Assembly (NCBI GenBank): GCA_045580125.1
Contig: JAZNNE010000022.1
Span: forward strand, 30-64,029
Length of the DNA: 64,000 nucleotides
From: Faecousia sp.
GTDB taxonomy: Bacteria; Bacillota; Clostridia; Oscillospirales; Oscillospiraceae
Direction of reading: 5' to 3'
The translations under genes were made by a program, and so were the position numbers. This document shows positions 47,403-57,166 of the stretch, piece after piece; the stretch's first letter is position 1; each line of letters opens with the position of its first letter. The notes under the pieces were generated by a model that saw nothing but the letters and a program-made list of their open reading frames with translations, had not been told where the DNA came from and did no database searches.

Positions 47403-48407
47403 ATGAGTTGCTTATTAAGCATCGTAATTCCCGTATACAACGCTGAGGAATTTCTGGATTTCAACTTTGCATCCTTGTTAGATCAAGATGTACCCGCTGA
47501 TTCTTACGAAATTATTTGCGTCGACGACGGTTCTAAGGACGGCAGCGGCGCACTTTTGGATCAGTATGCCGGTCAGCATTCCAACATCAAAGTAGTCCAC
47601 CAAGCGAACGCCGGCCATGCCAATGCCCGCAACACCGGTATGGACATCGCACAGGGCAAATACATCTGGTTTGTGGATGCTGATGACTGCATAGACAGAA
47701 AATGCGTTGGCTTTATCGTCGATAGCATGGAAACACACCAGATCGGCGTTATGAGCATTCGCCACGCCCTATTCCATAACGACAACGAAGTCCCCACCAC
47801 TGCAGGCAACTACAAATATTCGCCCAACGCTAAGCAAAACCCCTCCCCCTGCAGCGGTATTCGGATCTTTGACCTGAATCTATTGCGTGAGCACAATATC
47901 CGCTGGAGACCGGAGCTCGGCGCAAGTGACGACCTCATTTTCTGTTTCTTTGCCGAATCTTACGCCAAAAATGTAGTTTACATCGACTCTGTCAACTACT
48001 ATCACAGAAAATGGAGTGGCTCGGTCACAGGCAGAAAAGATTTGGGCACAGATAAGAGATTTATTGAATCTCATATTATGATTGCAAATATCTTCAAAGA
48101 GGAATTGTCCAATCCCAGATATACCAAAAAACAGCAACAAAATCTAAAGCTCAGAATCAGGCACTGCGCGCAGGCTGTTTTGATTATGTGCGCTATGATT
48201 GGCGACAAAGACTTCACAAGCGAGATCTTGAAAACGCTTCGCGAGCAAAACCTATATCCATATGCACTCATCTGGAGTAATCTTGCTCCCCACATTTCTT
48301 TTAAGAGAACCGTGCTTGATTGGTCTATCTTCCTGTTCCCGTTAAGTATCTACTATCGTTTCTATTGCTTCGTTTACCGCAAGTTTAACTTGACCCATAA
48401 ATATTAA
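47403..48407 (+). CDS. Orphan glycosyltransferase family 2
   Basis: LSIVIPVYN, CVDDGSKD, ARNTGMD, WFVDADD; GGAGG RBS before ATG 47403. Confidence 0.9.
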   Translation: MSCLLSIVIPVYNAEEFLDFNFASLLDQDVPADSYEIICVDDGSKDGSGALLDQYAGQHSNIKVVHQANAGHANARNTGMDIAQGKYIWFVDADDCIDRKCVGFIVDSMETHQIGVMSIRHALFHNDNEVPTTAGNYKYSPNAKQNPSPCSGIRIFDLNLLREHNIRWRPELGASDDLIFCFFAESYAKNVVYIDSVNYYHRKWSGSVTGRKDLGTDKRFIESHIMIANIFKEELSNPRYTKKQQQNLKLRIRHCAQAVLIMCAMIGDKDFTSEILKTLREQNLYPYALIWSNLAPHISFKRTVLDWSIFLFPLSIYYRFYCFVYRKFNLTHKY

Positions 48408-48413
48408 TTGGTG

Positions 48414-48445
48414 AAAGGCACCGCCCGTTTGGGCGGTGCCTTTTT
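48414..48445 (+). terminator. Rho-independent terminator
   Basis: AAAGGCACCGCCC-gttt-GGGCGGTGCCTTTTT. Confidence 0.85.
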
Positions 48446-48481
48446 GTGGTTATGGGAGTGCACTCGAACCAGCGCCATATA

Positions 48482-48513
48482 AAAAACGGCAAGGATTTCT
48501 CCTTGCCGTTTTT
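48482..48513 (-). terminator. Rho-independent terminator of the large surface-protein gene
   Basis: AAAAACGGCAAGG-atttct-CCTTGCCGTTTTT. Confidence 0.82.
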
Positions 48514-48522
48514 GCTTTGCAT

Positions 48523-51500
48523 TTAGCGCTTGATGCTTGCGCTGTTAATGTACCAGCTCTTGAAATTACCGTTGTAAGCGCGGACGGTGTACTGGTAAAA
48601 TACGCCGGTCTTTGCGGTGGTGTCGGTAAAGCTGGTAGCCGTGGTGGTCTTGACAGCTTCCCAACCGGTCCACTTGCCGTTTACATAGGCTCTGCGGTAG
48701 ACGATGTAGCCCTTGGCGCTGCCAACCGCATTCCAGCTGGCCTTGATGCCGGTGGTGGTTCTTGCCACCGTTACCGTAGGTGTTGCCAGGAACTTGATGG
48801 AGTTGCTTGCCTTGATGTAGCCGGTAAAGTTGCCGTTGATGGCCTTGACCGTATAGCGTACATTGGCACCGGACTTGACGGAAGTATCCGTATAGGATGT
48901 GCCGGTTACGCCGGTGGCAACTCTTGTCCAGCCGCCCCACTTGCCGCCGCTGTAGACGCTCTTGTAAACGATGTAGCTCTTTGCGCCGGTAATCTTGTTC
49001 CAAGTGATGCTTGCGCCACCTGCGGCATTGGTCGCCTTAACGGTAGGTGTCGCCAGGAACTTGATGGAGTTGCTTGCCTTGATGTAGGACGTGAAGTTGC
49101 CGTTGATCGCCTTGACGGTGTAACGAACATTGTCCGCAGACTTGACCGTAGTATCGGTATAGGTGGTGCCGGTTACGCCGGTCTTCAGTCTTGTCCAGCT
49201 GCTCCACTTGCCGCCGGAATAGGTGCTCTTATAGACGATATAGCTCTTTGCGCTGCCCACGGCATTCCACGTCAGCTTCACGCCGTCAACTGCATTGCTT
49301 GCCTTGACAGTGGGCGTTGCCAGGAACTTGATGGAGTTACTTGCCTTAAAGGTAGAGGAATTGCTGCCGTTGAAGGCACGGACAGTGTAGCGCACATTAT
49401 GACCGGACTTGACAGTCGTGTCGACGTAAGACGTTCCGGTGTAGCCGGTCTTGATGGCAGTCCAGGAAGACCAGCCGCTGCTGGTATAGACACTCTTGTA
49501 GACCTTGTAGCTTGTTGCACCGGCAATGGCGTTCCAGGTGATCTTCACGCCGTCAACTGCGTTGGAAGCCTTGACAGTAGGCACTGCAAGATTGATCTTG
49601 AAGGTCAAGGTCTTGGTGCCGCTGTAATTACCCTTCATCGTGATGGTAACATTGTAGCTGCCCGGATTGATACGACCGCTGGGATAGGTAACGGTGTAGT
49701 CTGTTCCCTTAACCAGAGTCTTGCCGTTGGCATCCTTGACTGTAACGCCGGGGGTCTTTACCACGCCATTGTAGGTGTAATTAACAGTGGATAGAGTGAA
49801 GGTGGCAGGACGTGCGATGACCGTGGTGCTTTCCACATCGCCGCAATCAGAGCAAGCCTTTACGATCTTGCCATCCTTTGTCAGGGTTGCCTTTGTAGTG
49901 GTTGTGGTGTAAGAATGTGTAACAGGACGATCTGCACCGCAGGTGTTGCAGGAGGTGTCGCAATCGTCGTCATAGGTGTGGTAGTGTTCCGCAGTAAATA
50001 CGGCTGTATACTCCGCATCTCCGACACAATCCACTACGGTCTTATCCCAACCTGCAAAGGTGTATGTGTAGCTGCCGTCAGAAGCCTTGGTGGGGTCGCC
50101 GGGTACGGTTACAGTATCGCCATAATGGTAGGTTGTGCTGCTGATCACAGAGCCGTCCCAGTTTCTAAAGGTAACGGTATAGACGGGTTCCTCTACGCTG
50201 GTGTCCCGATACAGCTCAAACTCGCCAAAGGTAACGCTGCTGCCGGCTGTAACGGAGTCCGCCCAGACATAGATGCCCTTTACATTGTAGGTCTGCTCAA
50301 AGGTCCACTCCAGAGGTGTTGCGTAAACGCCCCAGTTGGGAGAGAAGGTTTGTGTTACCTGCGTACCGTCTGCCAATTCCAGAACGATGGTAATGGAGGT
50401 CATTGCGTAATTGCCAACACCGCCGTAGTACAGCTTTAGCTGGTCAACCGCAACGGCACCGCCGTAACCTCTGGTCAGGTCTACGTAGAAGTCTGCTCTT
50501 TCACCGGGAGACACGGTGTAGGAGATATCGTTCAGATGGTCGCCGTCGACAAAGTTCTCCAAGTCTCTCCAATCGGGATATGCGGAGGACCACCAGCTCT
50601 GGTTTGCGTAGCTTACGCTTGCATCGTAAGCACTGCAGGTGCCGACTACGCAGCCGCTCAGGTCGATCTTCTCCATAGGATCCACGACGGGCTCGGTTGC
50701 GGGAGGATTGGTGGGTACCGGCGTGGGGATGGGATCGGAAGGCGGCAGGGGGATTCCCTGGGTGTCTTCGCCGACGATCACCCGAACGAGCCATTCCTTT
50801 TCGGTGCCGTCGGAGGTGAGGGTGTAGGCAACGGGCTCAGTAAAGTTCTGTGCAGTGCCGTTGTTGGGCGTAACCGTCCAGCCGCCCTCGGCGGTGTAGC
50901 GCAAGGACATAGAGGACAGATCTGTGCCCTCAGGTACAACAATGGTGGCGACCCGGTTGATATCGTCATAGTAGGTACGACCGATCTGACCGGAGATGTT
51001 AACATCGTACCAGCCTCTTTCTTCGGTGTTGTATCTGGCGCAGTCAGAGTTGGTCCAGTAATCCTGAGAGAAATTATGGCGCAGCCAGAAGCCCTTGTCC
51101 TCACCACGCTTGACGCTCTCGTCGGTCAAGCCGGCATTGTTTGCAATGGACAGCGCAGCAGCATTGCTGGATAAGCTGTCGAAAGCAATATTGTTCTTGG
51201 TGCTGTTGCTGACATTTACATAGTAGCCGCGGGTGCTCAGGCTGGAATTGTGGTAGTTATCGTGGGTCTTGTTGTTGTGGATGGTTTCGAACCAGATCTG
51301 CAGCCAGGACTGTGCCTCGGTATCGATAACGTTGTGGTGGATATCCAGATAGGCAGTGCCTTCATCCAGATAGATGGCGTTTTCCGTCTTGCTGGCGAGG
51401 GTGCCGGAATCGTGGATGTAGTTGTAGGCAATCTCGGAATCCGACTGTTCAGCCAGCGTGTAGATCGCGCCGCCGTCATAGTTGGTCTTACAGACATCGT

Positions 51501-54500
51501 GGACATAGTTATAGGTGATCTTATTGTTGCCAACATCGTCGTTGTTAGTTTCGGCACTCCAGCCCCAGCCAAGGCTAATGCCGGTATAGGGGGTGTAGGA
51601 AACTTCGTTGTGGTCGATCAGCACGCCATTGGTGTATCCGGCAAAGATACCGACAGAGTCGTACATATCGATACCGATACGGGTTACGAAATTGTTCTGA
51701 ACGGTGGCGTTCTTAACCAGCTGCCAATCTCTGAAGCCTGCCTGGGCAACGATCTCGCCGATCACGATGCCGTTGTAGGAGATGTCGCAGACCAGGGAGT
51801 TGATAATCTTACAGCCATCGGAAATGACGACGCCGTCACTCTTGATGCGGATGCCGGCAGTGCCCATATTGCGGATCTGGCAGCCGTCAAAGACCACATT
51901 CACGCAGCCGGACAGCTCGATGCCGCCGGGCACCTGGGTCCAGGTGTTGTTGAGCAGGTAGCAGTTTGCCTGCTCATCCACATACTGATTCTCGCTGGGG
52001 AAGGTGAAGGTGGTGTGGGAGAAGGTAATACCCTCAAAGGTGATGTTGCTGGCATATTCCATATCGATGACGTGCTCTGTCACGGGCAGGTAAGCTTCCA
52101 CGTCCTCCATAGTGTCCTGCGCCATATAGTAGATCTTACCCTCGTGGCGGTCAATGTACCATTCGCCGGGGGTGTCGATAAACATATAGTCGTTGGACAG
52201 CCAGGTGGGCATGAGAGGCGTTCCCGACAGCGATGCCATACCGTCATCCACATAAAGCTCCGTGCCGTCCATAGATGCGCCGACGATGTGCTGAATTCTG
52301 TGATACCACAGATACAGGCTGTGCATCTCCACATGCTCGGGGTTCTTCAGGTAGGAGAAGTTGTATTTTTCATCAGAAGAAACGCTGAGACCGGCGTTGT
52401 ACATAGACTCAATAAAGCCGTCAACCGCGCGGTTGGGATTGAAATCGGAGGAGTAGCTGCTGGTAGCGGCAGCACCCTTGGCATCGTAAGTGATCGTGCC
52501 GCTGGCGGTTTCGCCCTGGGTAACGATATCTGTTGCGATGGGGTTGTTGGGATCGTGGATGTTCAGCAGCGTCAGCTCGCTGATGTGCAGATAAGTAACA
52601 GTGGAGCTTCTCCATTCACTCTTGGGGATATTGCTCATAGGTGTCAGCAGAGTGGCGACCAGACGCACCTTGTAAACCTCCACGTCCGAGAAAGTAAAGG
52701 TCTTGACGTTTTTGATCGTCCAATCCTGCTCTGCGCCTTCTGCAACGGTGGTCCAGTTATCCCGTTCGGCAGAAGTGGTAACCTGGATCTTGTAATCGTA
52801 AGGTGCGCAGAAGCCGTCGTCCCGGACAGCCAGCTCGATGGTGTTGATCAAAGAGGGCTTGCCGTTCTCGGTGGCATCCAGTACAAGGGCGGGAATATTG
52901 GGACCGTAAGGCGGCATCCACTGATACTGCTGGCCGTAGGTTGCGCCATAGTTTTCGTAGTTGCCGTCAAACATCTTGGCGCCGGTACCGTCATTGTATT
53001 CAACCAGGGTAACCAGATCGGCACCGCGGTAGTAGCCGAATTCGATAATATCATCGGCGGTCAGGTCTACCTTGTCGTGCACAACGGTGTCGGACTCGAT
53101 GGTCTCGTCCACCTCATAGGTAACCTTATCAACGGTATACAGCGTAAATTCGTTCAGGCAGAAGTCGGTGGTGAAGCCGGCAGGATTTGCGCTGATGTCC
53201 GCTTCGGGATAGGTGCCGTCCTCCTCGGTCAGGTTGTAGACCAGAATACGGGCAGCGGTAATAACGACCTCGTCAAACTTATAACGCTGGGCATAGTGGG
53301 CATCGGGCTGAGTCTTGTCTACCCACTGGGGATCGTCCTCGGAAGCGACGGTCTTCCATACACCGCCGGTGAGGACCTGAATCTCATAGTTCAGAGGTGC
53401 GGACCAAATGTCGGGGTCGATGGCCACCTCAATGGCGCCGATCTGTGTAGCAGTACCCAGCTGAAGCAGGAAGGCAGGAACCTTGCTGCCGCCCCACTGC
53501 ACCAGTTCGTTGTAGGTGAACTGACCGGTGTAGCCGTAGGAGCGCAGGCCGTCGATGATGCATTCCGCTTCGCCGGAAGCTTTTTCATAATCAACGAAGC
53601 TGCCATTGACGTTGGTATAGTAACCCAGACGGGGGGTCAGACTGCTTGCAGGCAGGGCGGTGTAGATGTTCTTAACGGCATAGCTGGGAGCATCCTCCTC
53701 AGCCAGAATGCCGGTAACGGTAGAAGGAACGATATCCAGCTCGTCCAGCTGCAGGCTGTATTCGCCGTCGCCACGCAGCATCAGGGGCTGGAGCTTAACG
53801 TACTGCGCCTTATAGCCCTTGGGCAGCACCAGAAGCTGTGCGCCGCCGGTAGGTGTCTGGATGTCAGGCAGCTCCATCAGGGTGTGATAGTTCACACCGT
53901 CGGTGGAAACCTGAACACGGGCCGCCTTCATATAGCCGGCAGTGACACCGTCGACGTAGGTGGGATACAGACGAATTGCGCCCACATCCTGAACAGAGCC
54001 CAGATCCACAATGAATTCTCCCTTGTAGACGGGAGAGGACTGGACGCCGCTGTTAAAGCCGTCGGCAAAGCCGTTATCCATCAAATAGTTTTCACCGGAG
54101 CCGTTAACGGTTATGGTACCGCTGAGTTCGGCAGGAGCATGCACCTTCAGCTGGCTGACGGTAACGGCAGCACCGCTGGTGATGCGAAGCTGGGTGGCGG
54201 CAACAGGATTGATGGCAAAGGTGTTGCTACTCTTCCAGGTATAGTCGGTCTTGCTGTAGACAGTGTTCCAGACAGTGCCGTCGGCAGAGGCCTCGATCTG
54301 AATATCGCCCACAGTATCAACCGCGGCGGCATCGGCAGTCATAACCACAGCACCAACCGCGACAGCGCTGCTGCCCACATTGACCGTATAGGCGTTACCC
54401 TTGGTCAGATTGATGTTGGCGGCGGTTGTCATGGTGCTGTCCAGATCCACGTGCTGCACAACGCCCAGATTGACAGCCTTGGTGGTGTTGGTAAAGCCAA

Positions 54501-55368
54501 CCTGCACCTCCGCAAATGCCAGGGAATACTTCCCATTTGCAGGGTTGCCCAACTTGGTTGCTTCGATCTTGATGTAGCGGGCGTCGGTAGTGGAGAAGTA
54601 GAATTCCACACCGCCCATAGCCGCGGGCGCGACAAAGCCGGTTTCGGCTGCCTGGGTTGCCCAGGTGCTGCCGTCGGAGGAGGTCTGAATGGTAAAGTTC
54701 TCCGGGAAGCCCAATGCCTTGCCCGTAGCGGAAGAGGTATCGGTATAGCCGTACAGCATAACGTTGGAGATCAGCTTGGCTTCGCCCAGATCAACAATCA
54801 GATACTGGGTGGTATTGGCAGAGGAAAACTCAGCAGATTGGAAGCCGTAGGAGGAGAAGGTCTCCAGATCCGTGGGCGTCAGCTCCATAGCAGCCACGGG
54901 TTGGGGCTCGCCATTGACATAGAACTGGCGGGTCAGCTCTGCGCCCTTGGGGATGTCCGCAACATAAATATTGTGCGCGGCATCGTGCAGCGTCCAGCTG
55001 TCCAGCTGTACACCGCCGGAGATCAGGGCAGTCTCACCGGATGCGGCCCGGTATGTAATGGTGTGTCCATTCTGACCGGACTCAGCCTCGCCAAATGTGA
55101 TGGACTGGGTCGCGTCGTATGTGCCACCCTTCAGGATGACGACCACATCGCCGTCGGCACTCAATGCGGCAGCCTTTTTCTTGGCAGCCTGGAGGGTCTT
55201 GAGTGCAGTTTGCTCTGTGGTGCCGTCATTGGAATCGCTGCCGTTGACGGGGTCGATCCACAGATCAGCGTCTGCTTCCGTTGCGCTTGCGATGGTGATC
55301 GCCGGCATAACCGACAGCACCATACACAGCACCAAAAGAAGAGAAAGGATTCTGGTGAGCTTTTTCAT
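48523..55368 (-). CDS. 2281-aa secreted right-handed beta-helix protein (GH141-like) with F5/8 (discoidin/CBM32-like) inserts, DUF5018-like, InlB-B-like and four FN3-like repeats
   Basis: Signal peptide; DPVNGSDSNDG, TITYRAASGE..ISGG, RQFYVNG, PGEWYID, IDHNEVSYTPYTGISLGWGW, DGGAIYT, IYLDEG; repeated IVDLG...IQ.S.DG..W modules. Confidence 0.85.
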   Translation of the reverse strand: MKKLTRILSLLLVLCMVLSVMPAITIASATEADADLWIDPVNGSDSNDGTTEQTALKTLQAAKKKAAALSADGDVVVILKGGTYDATQSITFGEAESGQNGHTITYRAASGETALISGGVQLDSWTLHDAAHNIYVADIPKGAELTRQFYVNGEPQPVAAMELTPTDLETFSSYGFQSAEFSSANTTQYLIVDLGEAKLISNVMLYGYTDTSSATGKALGFPENFTIQTSSDGSTWATQAAETGFVAPAAMGGVEFYFSTTDARYIKIEATKLGNPANGKYSLAFAEVQVGFTNTTKAVNLGVVQHVDLDSTMTTAANINLTKGNAYTVNVGSSAVAVGAVVMTADAAAVDTVGDIQIEASADGTVWNTVYSKTDYTWKSSNTFAINPVAATQLRITSGAAVTVSQLKVHAPAELSGTITVNGSGENYLMDNGFADGFNSGVQSSPVYKGEFIVDLGSVQDVGAIRLYPTYVDGVTAGYMKAARVQVSTDGVNYHTLMELPDIQTPTGGAQLLVLPKGYKAQYVKLQPLMLRGDGEYSLQLDELDIVPSTVTGILAEEDAPSYAVKNIYTALPASSLTPRLGYYTNVNGSFVDYEKASGEAECIIDGLRSYGYTGQFTYNELVQWGGSKVPAFLLQLGTATQIGAIEVAIDPDIWSAPLNYEIQVLTGGVWKTVASEDDPQWVDKTQPDAHYAQRYKFDEVVITAARILVYNLTEEDGTYPEADISANPAGFTTDFCLNEFTLYTVDKVTYEVDETIESDTVVHDKVDLTADDIIEFGYYRGADLVTLVEYNDGTGAKMFDGNYENYGATYGQQYQWMPPYGPNIPALVLDATENGKPSLINTIELAVRDDGFCAPYDYKIQVTTSAERDNWTTVAEGAEQDWTIKNVKTFTFSDVEVYKVRLVATLLTPMSNIPKSEWRSSTVTYLHISELTLLNIHDPNNPIATDIVTQGETASGTITYDAKGAAATSSYSSDFNPNRAVDGFIESMYNAGLSVSSDEKYNFSYLKNPEHVEMHSLYLWYHRIQHIVGASMDGTELYVDDGMASLSGTPLMPTWLSNDYMFIDTPGEWYIDRHEGKIYYMAQDTMEDVEAYLPVTEHVIDMEYASNITFEGITFSHTTFTFPSENQYVDEQANCYLLNNTWTQVPGGIELSGCVNVVFDGCQIRNMGTAGIRIKSDGVVISDGCKIINSLVCDISYNGIVIGEIVAQAGFRDWQLVKNATVQNNFVTRIGIDMYDSVGIFAGYTNGVLIDHNEVSYTPYTGISLGWGWSAETNNDDVGNNKITYNYVHDVCKTNYDGGAIYTLAEQSDSEIAYNYIHDSGTLASKTENAIYLDEGTAYLDIHHNVIDTEAQSWLQIWFETIHNNKTHDNYHNSSLSTRGYYVNVSNSTKNNIAFDSLSSNAAALSIANNAGLTDESVKRGEDKGFWLRHNFSQDYWTNSDCARYNTEERGWYDVNISGQIGRTYYDDINRVATIVVPEGTDLSSMSLRYTAEGGWTVTPNNGTAQNFTEPVAYTLTSDGTEKEWLVRVIVGEDTQGIPLPPSDPIPTPVPTNPPATEPVVDPMEKIDLSGCVVGTCSAYDASVSYANQSWWSSAYPDWRDLENFVDGDHLNDISYTVSPGERADFYVDLTRGYGGAVAVDQLKLYYGGVGNYAMTSITIVLELADGTQVTQTFSPNWGVYATPLEWTFEQTYNVKGIYVWADSVTAGSSVTFGEFELYRDTSVEEPVYTVTFRNWDGSVISSTTYHYGDTVTVPGDPTKASDGSYTYTFAGWDKTVVDCVGDAEYTAVFTAEHYHTYDDDCDTSCNTCGADRPVTHSYTTTTTKATLTKDGKIVKACSDCGDVESTTVIARPATFTLSTVNYTYNGVVKTPGVTVKDANGKTLVKGTDYTVTYPSGRINPGSYNVTITMKGNYSGTKTLTFKINLAVPTVKASNAVDGVKITWNAIAGATSYKVYKSVYTSSGWSSWTAIKTGYTGTSYVDTTVKSGHNVRYTVRAFNGSNSSTFKASNSIKFLATPTVKASNAVDGVKLTWNAVGSAKSYIVYKSTYSGGKWSSWTRLKTGVTGTTYTDTTVKSADNVRYTVKAINGNFTSYIKASNSIKFLATPTVKATNAAGGASITWNKITGAKSYIVYKSVYSGGKWGGWTRVATGVTGTSYTDTSVKSGANVRYTVKAINGNFTGYIKASNSIKFLATPTVTVARTTTGIKASWNAVGSAKGYIVYRRAYVNGKWTGWEAVKTTTATSFTDTTAKTGVFYQYTVRAYNGNFKSWYINSASIKR
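48526..49590 (-). repeat. Four tandem FN3-like coding repeats, 267-bp period
   Basis: CCAGGAACTTGATGGAGTT recurs at 48786, 49053 and 49320; 89-aa units LATPTV...ASNSIKF. Confidence 0.9.
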
Positions 55369-55520
55369 AAAGTATCCTCCTTGCTGAATATTGGGAAAAT
55401 TTTCAAGTGCACCTATGTATATTGTTAATATATCACAAAGAATTTGGAAACGGAATACTAAATTTGCAGAAATTGCATAAATTTACCACAAAAGGATTGC
55501 AAAGTTGCGTTTGTTGGGCG

Positions 55521-55540
55521 TTGGTGTCAAAATTGGTGTC
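55521..55540. repeat. Direct repeat TTGGTGTC x2 (12-bp period), possible integrase arm-type site
   Basis: gcgTTGGTGTCaaaaTTGGTGTCcaa; homologous to 58616-58635. Confidence 0.45.
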
Positions 55541-55722
55541 CAACCGATTTGATTCGTTTCTGTTCGTCCTGAAAAGTCAGAAAAACAACCGGCTCGGATA
55601 TCATTCCTTAAATAAAAAATAATATCAAGAAAAAGTCGAAAATGCTTTCCTTTGTCGAAAAAGTGTGGTATAATAATTTAATACTGCGAAAAACATATTA
55701 GCTTACAGGAGTGTAATGGAAT

Positions 55723-57081
55723 ATGACGGATAAACCTTGCTACAATTTAAGTCCCACGCAAGACGTGGTATATATGCAAAGCCAGTACAGTTTATATAAA
55801 AGAGTGATCAACATCCTTTCCTCCATCGCCATTGATGAGGAAGTGGATTTCCAGCTTATGAATCAGGCTTTCAAGCTTCTGGTTGAACGAAATGACTGCC
55901 TCAGAATCAGATTCTTCAAAAAGAGAGGAAAGCTGATGCAGTACTTTGGCGATTCCGGAAATAAGATCAAGAATGTGCCTGTTTTGTCCTTTGAAACCAA
56001 GCAGCAGCAAGACGCCTTTATCGATAAGGTTAGAAAAAAAGCCATTGACTATATGCACGGCGTTGTCATCGAGCCTTATTTTATTCACACCTATGACAAT
56101 CGTTATATGGTGTTTATCAAGATCTGCCATTTGGTTAGTGACCTTTATGGAATCAACGTTTTGTATACGGATCTTTTAAACGTGTATCATGCGCTGAAGA
56201 AGGGCGAGCCGTTGCCCCCTGCCCCGGCAAGTTTCGAGGAGATTATTAAAAAGGATATTGAAAAGAACGCCAACAGCAATGTGACGGAGAAACATCTGGA
56301 GTACTTCACCGATCTGCTCACCAATAATCCCGAGCCGTTCTATGCCGGTATTCACGGCCCCAACAATCCCATTTGGCAGAAGCAGCTCAAAAAACACCAA
56401 CGGGGCATGCCCATTTTCCTTGTCCGTAACAGTACGCAGACCTACCGCCACAAGATCGACAAGGATCTGGTAGAGAAGGTGCTAAGCTATTGTCAGAACA
56501 ATGTATGCTCACCTGCGAATTTGTTTTTCTGCGCAAGCTCCGTAGCCCTGGCTAAGCTAAACGGAAACCTCAAGAACATAATGCCCATCGGTCTTTATCA
56601 TTGCCGCCATACCGCACAGGAAAAGCACTGTGCAGGTCCCAAGGTGCAAAGTGCTGCTTGTTATACCAAGATCGATTATGCCCTTTCCTTTGAGGATAAT
56701 CTGAAGGCATACTCAGCTGCGCAGTACGGTCTTTACAAACATATCAAGTTTAAAGACAGAGATTTTGAGGCCTTAGTGCACAACATCTACCGCTCTTCAC
56801 CTCTTACGATGTACTATTCGTTTTCCTACTCGCTCTTACCCGTTGATATGCCCGATGGCGTGGAGTTTAATGTGTATACCAACGGTAATGGCGCGCTTCC
56901 TGCCTATGTCGTTCAGGTTTTGAATGCCAAGACCAAAGAAGTTGAGATGGCTTACGATGTACAGACCAGGATCACCAGTGAAGATGATGTCAGCAAATTC
57001 CATACCTACTATCTGAATGTACTGAAGCAGGTGCTGGACGATCCCGGCATCAAAGTTGCGGATATTCAGCTTTCGCTGTAA
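55723..57081 (+). CDS. Stand-alone NRPS-type condensation domain protein
   Basis: YNLSPTQ, LVERNDCLRIRF, ICHLVSDLYG (HHxxxDG variant); no A or T domain in this ORF. Confidence 0.82.
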   Translation: MTDKPCYNLSPTQDVVYMQSQYSLYKRVINILSSIAIDEEVDFQLMNQAFKLLVERNDCLRIRFFKKRGKLMQYFGDSGNKIKNVPVLSFETKQQQDAFIDKVRKKAIDYMHGVVIEPYFIHTYDNRYMVFIKICHLVSDLYGINVLYTDLLNVYHALKKGEPLPPAPASFEEIIKKDIEKNANSNVTEKHLEYFTDLLTNNPEPFYAGIHGPNNPIWQKQLKKHQRGMPIFLVRNSTQTYRHKIDKDLVEKVLSYCQNNVCSPANLFFCASSVALAKLNGNLKNIMPIGLYHCRHTAQEKHCAGPKVQSAACYTKIDYALSFEDNLKAYSAAQYGLYKHIKFKDRDFEALVHNIYRSSPLTMYYSFSYSLLPVDMPDGVEFNVYTNGNGALPAYVVQVLNAKTKEVEMAYDVQTRITSEDDVSKFHTYYLNVLKQVLDDPGIKVADIQLSL

Positions 57082-57112
57082 TGACATATTTTCAAAAAGC
57101 GTTCTATATATG

Positions 57113-57147
57113 CAGCACCCCAAAAGCGTTTCGCTTTTGGGGTGCTG
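57113..57147. terminator. Bidirectional terminator hairpin
   Basis: CAGCACCCCAAAAGC-gtttc-GCTTTTGGGGTGCTG between convergent genes. Confidence 0.78.
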
Positions 57148-57166
57148 TTCATTTTATCATGTGGGT

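Noticed and set aside
48436-49794. 452-aa plus-strand ORF with internal repeats
   Set aside because: The repeats are the reverse complement of the FN3 repeats; not an independent gene.
51250-55428. 1392-aa plus-strand ORF
   Set aside because: Antisense shadow of the 2281-aa gene, explained by strong codon bias; no RBS or domain motifs, and V/G/D-rich composition typical of reverse frames.
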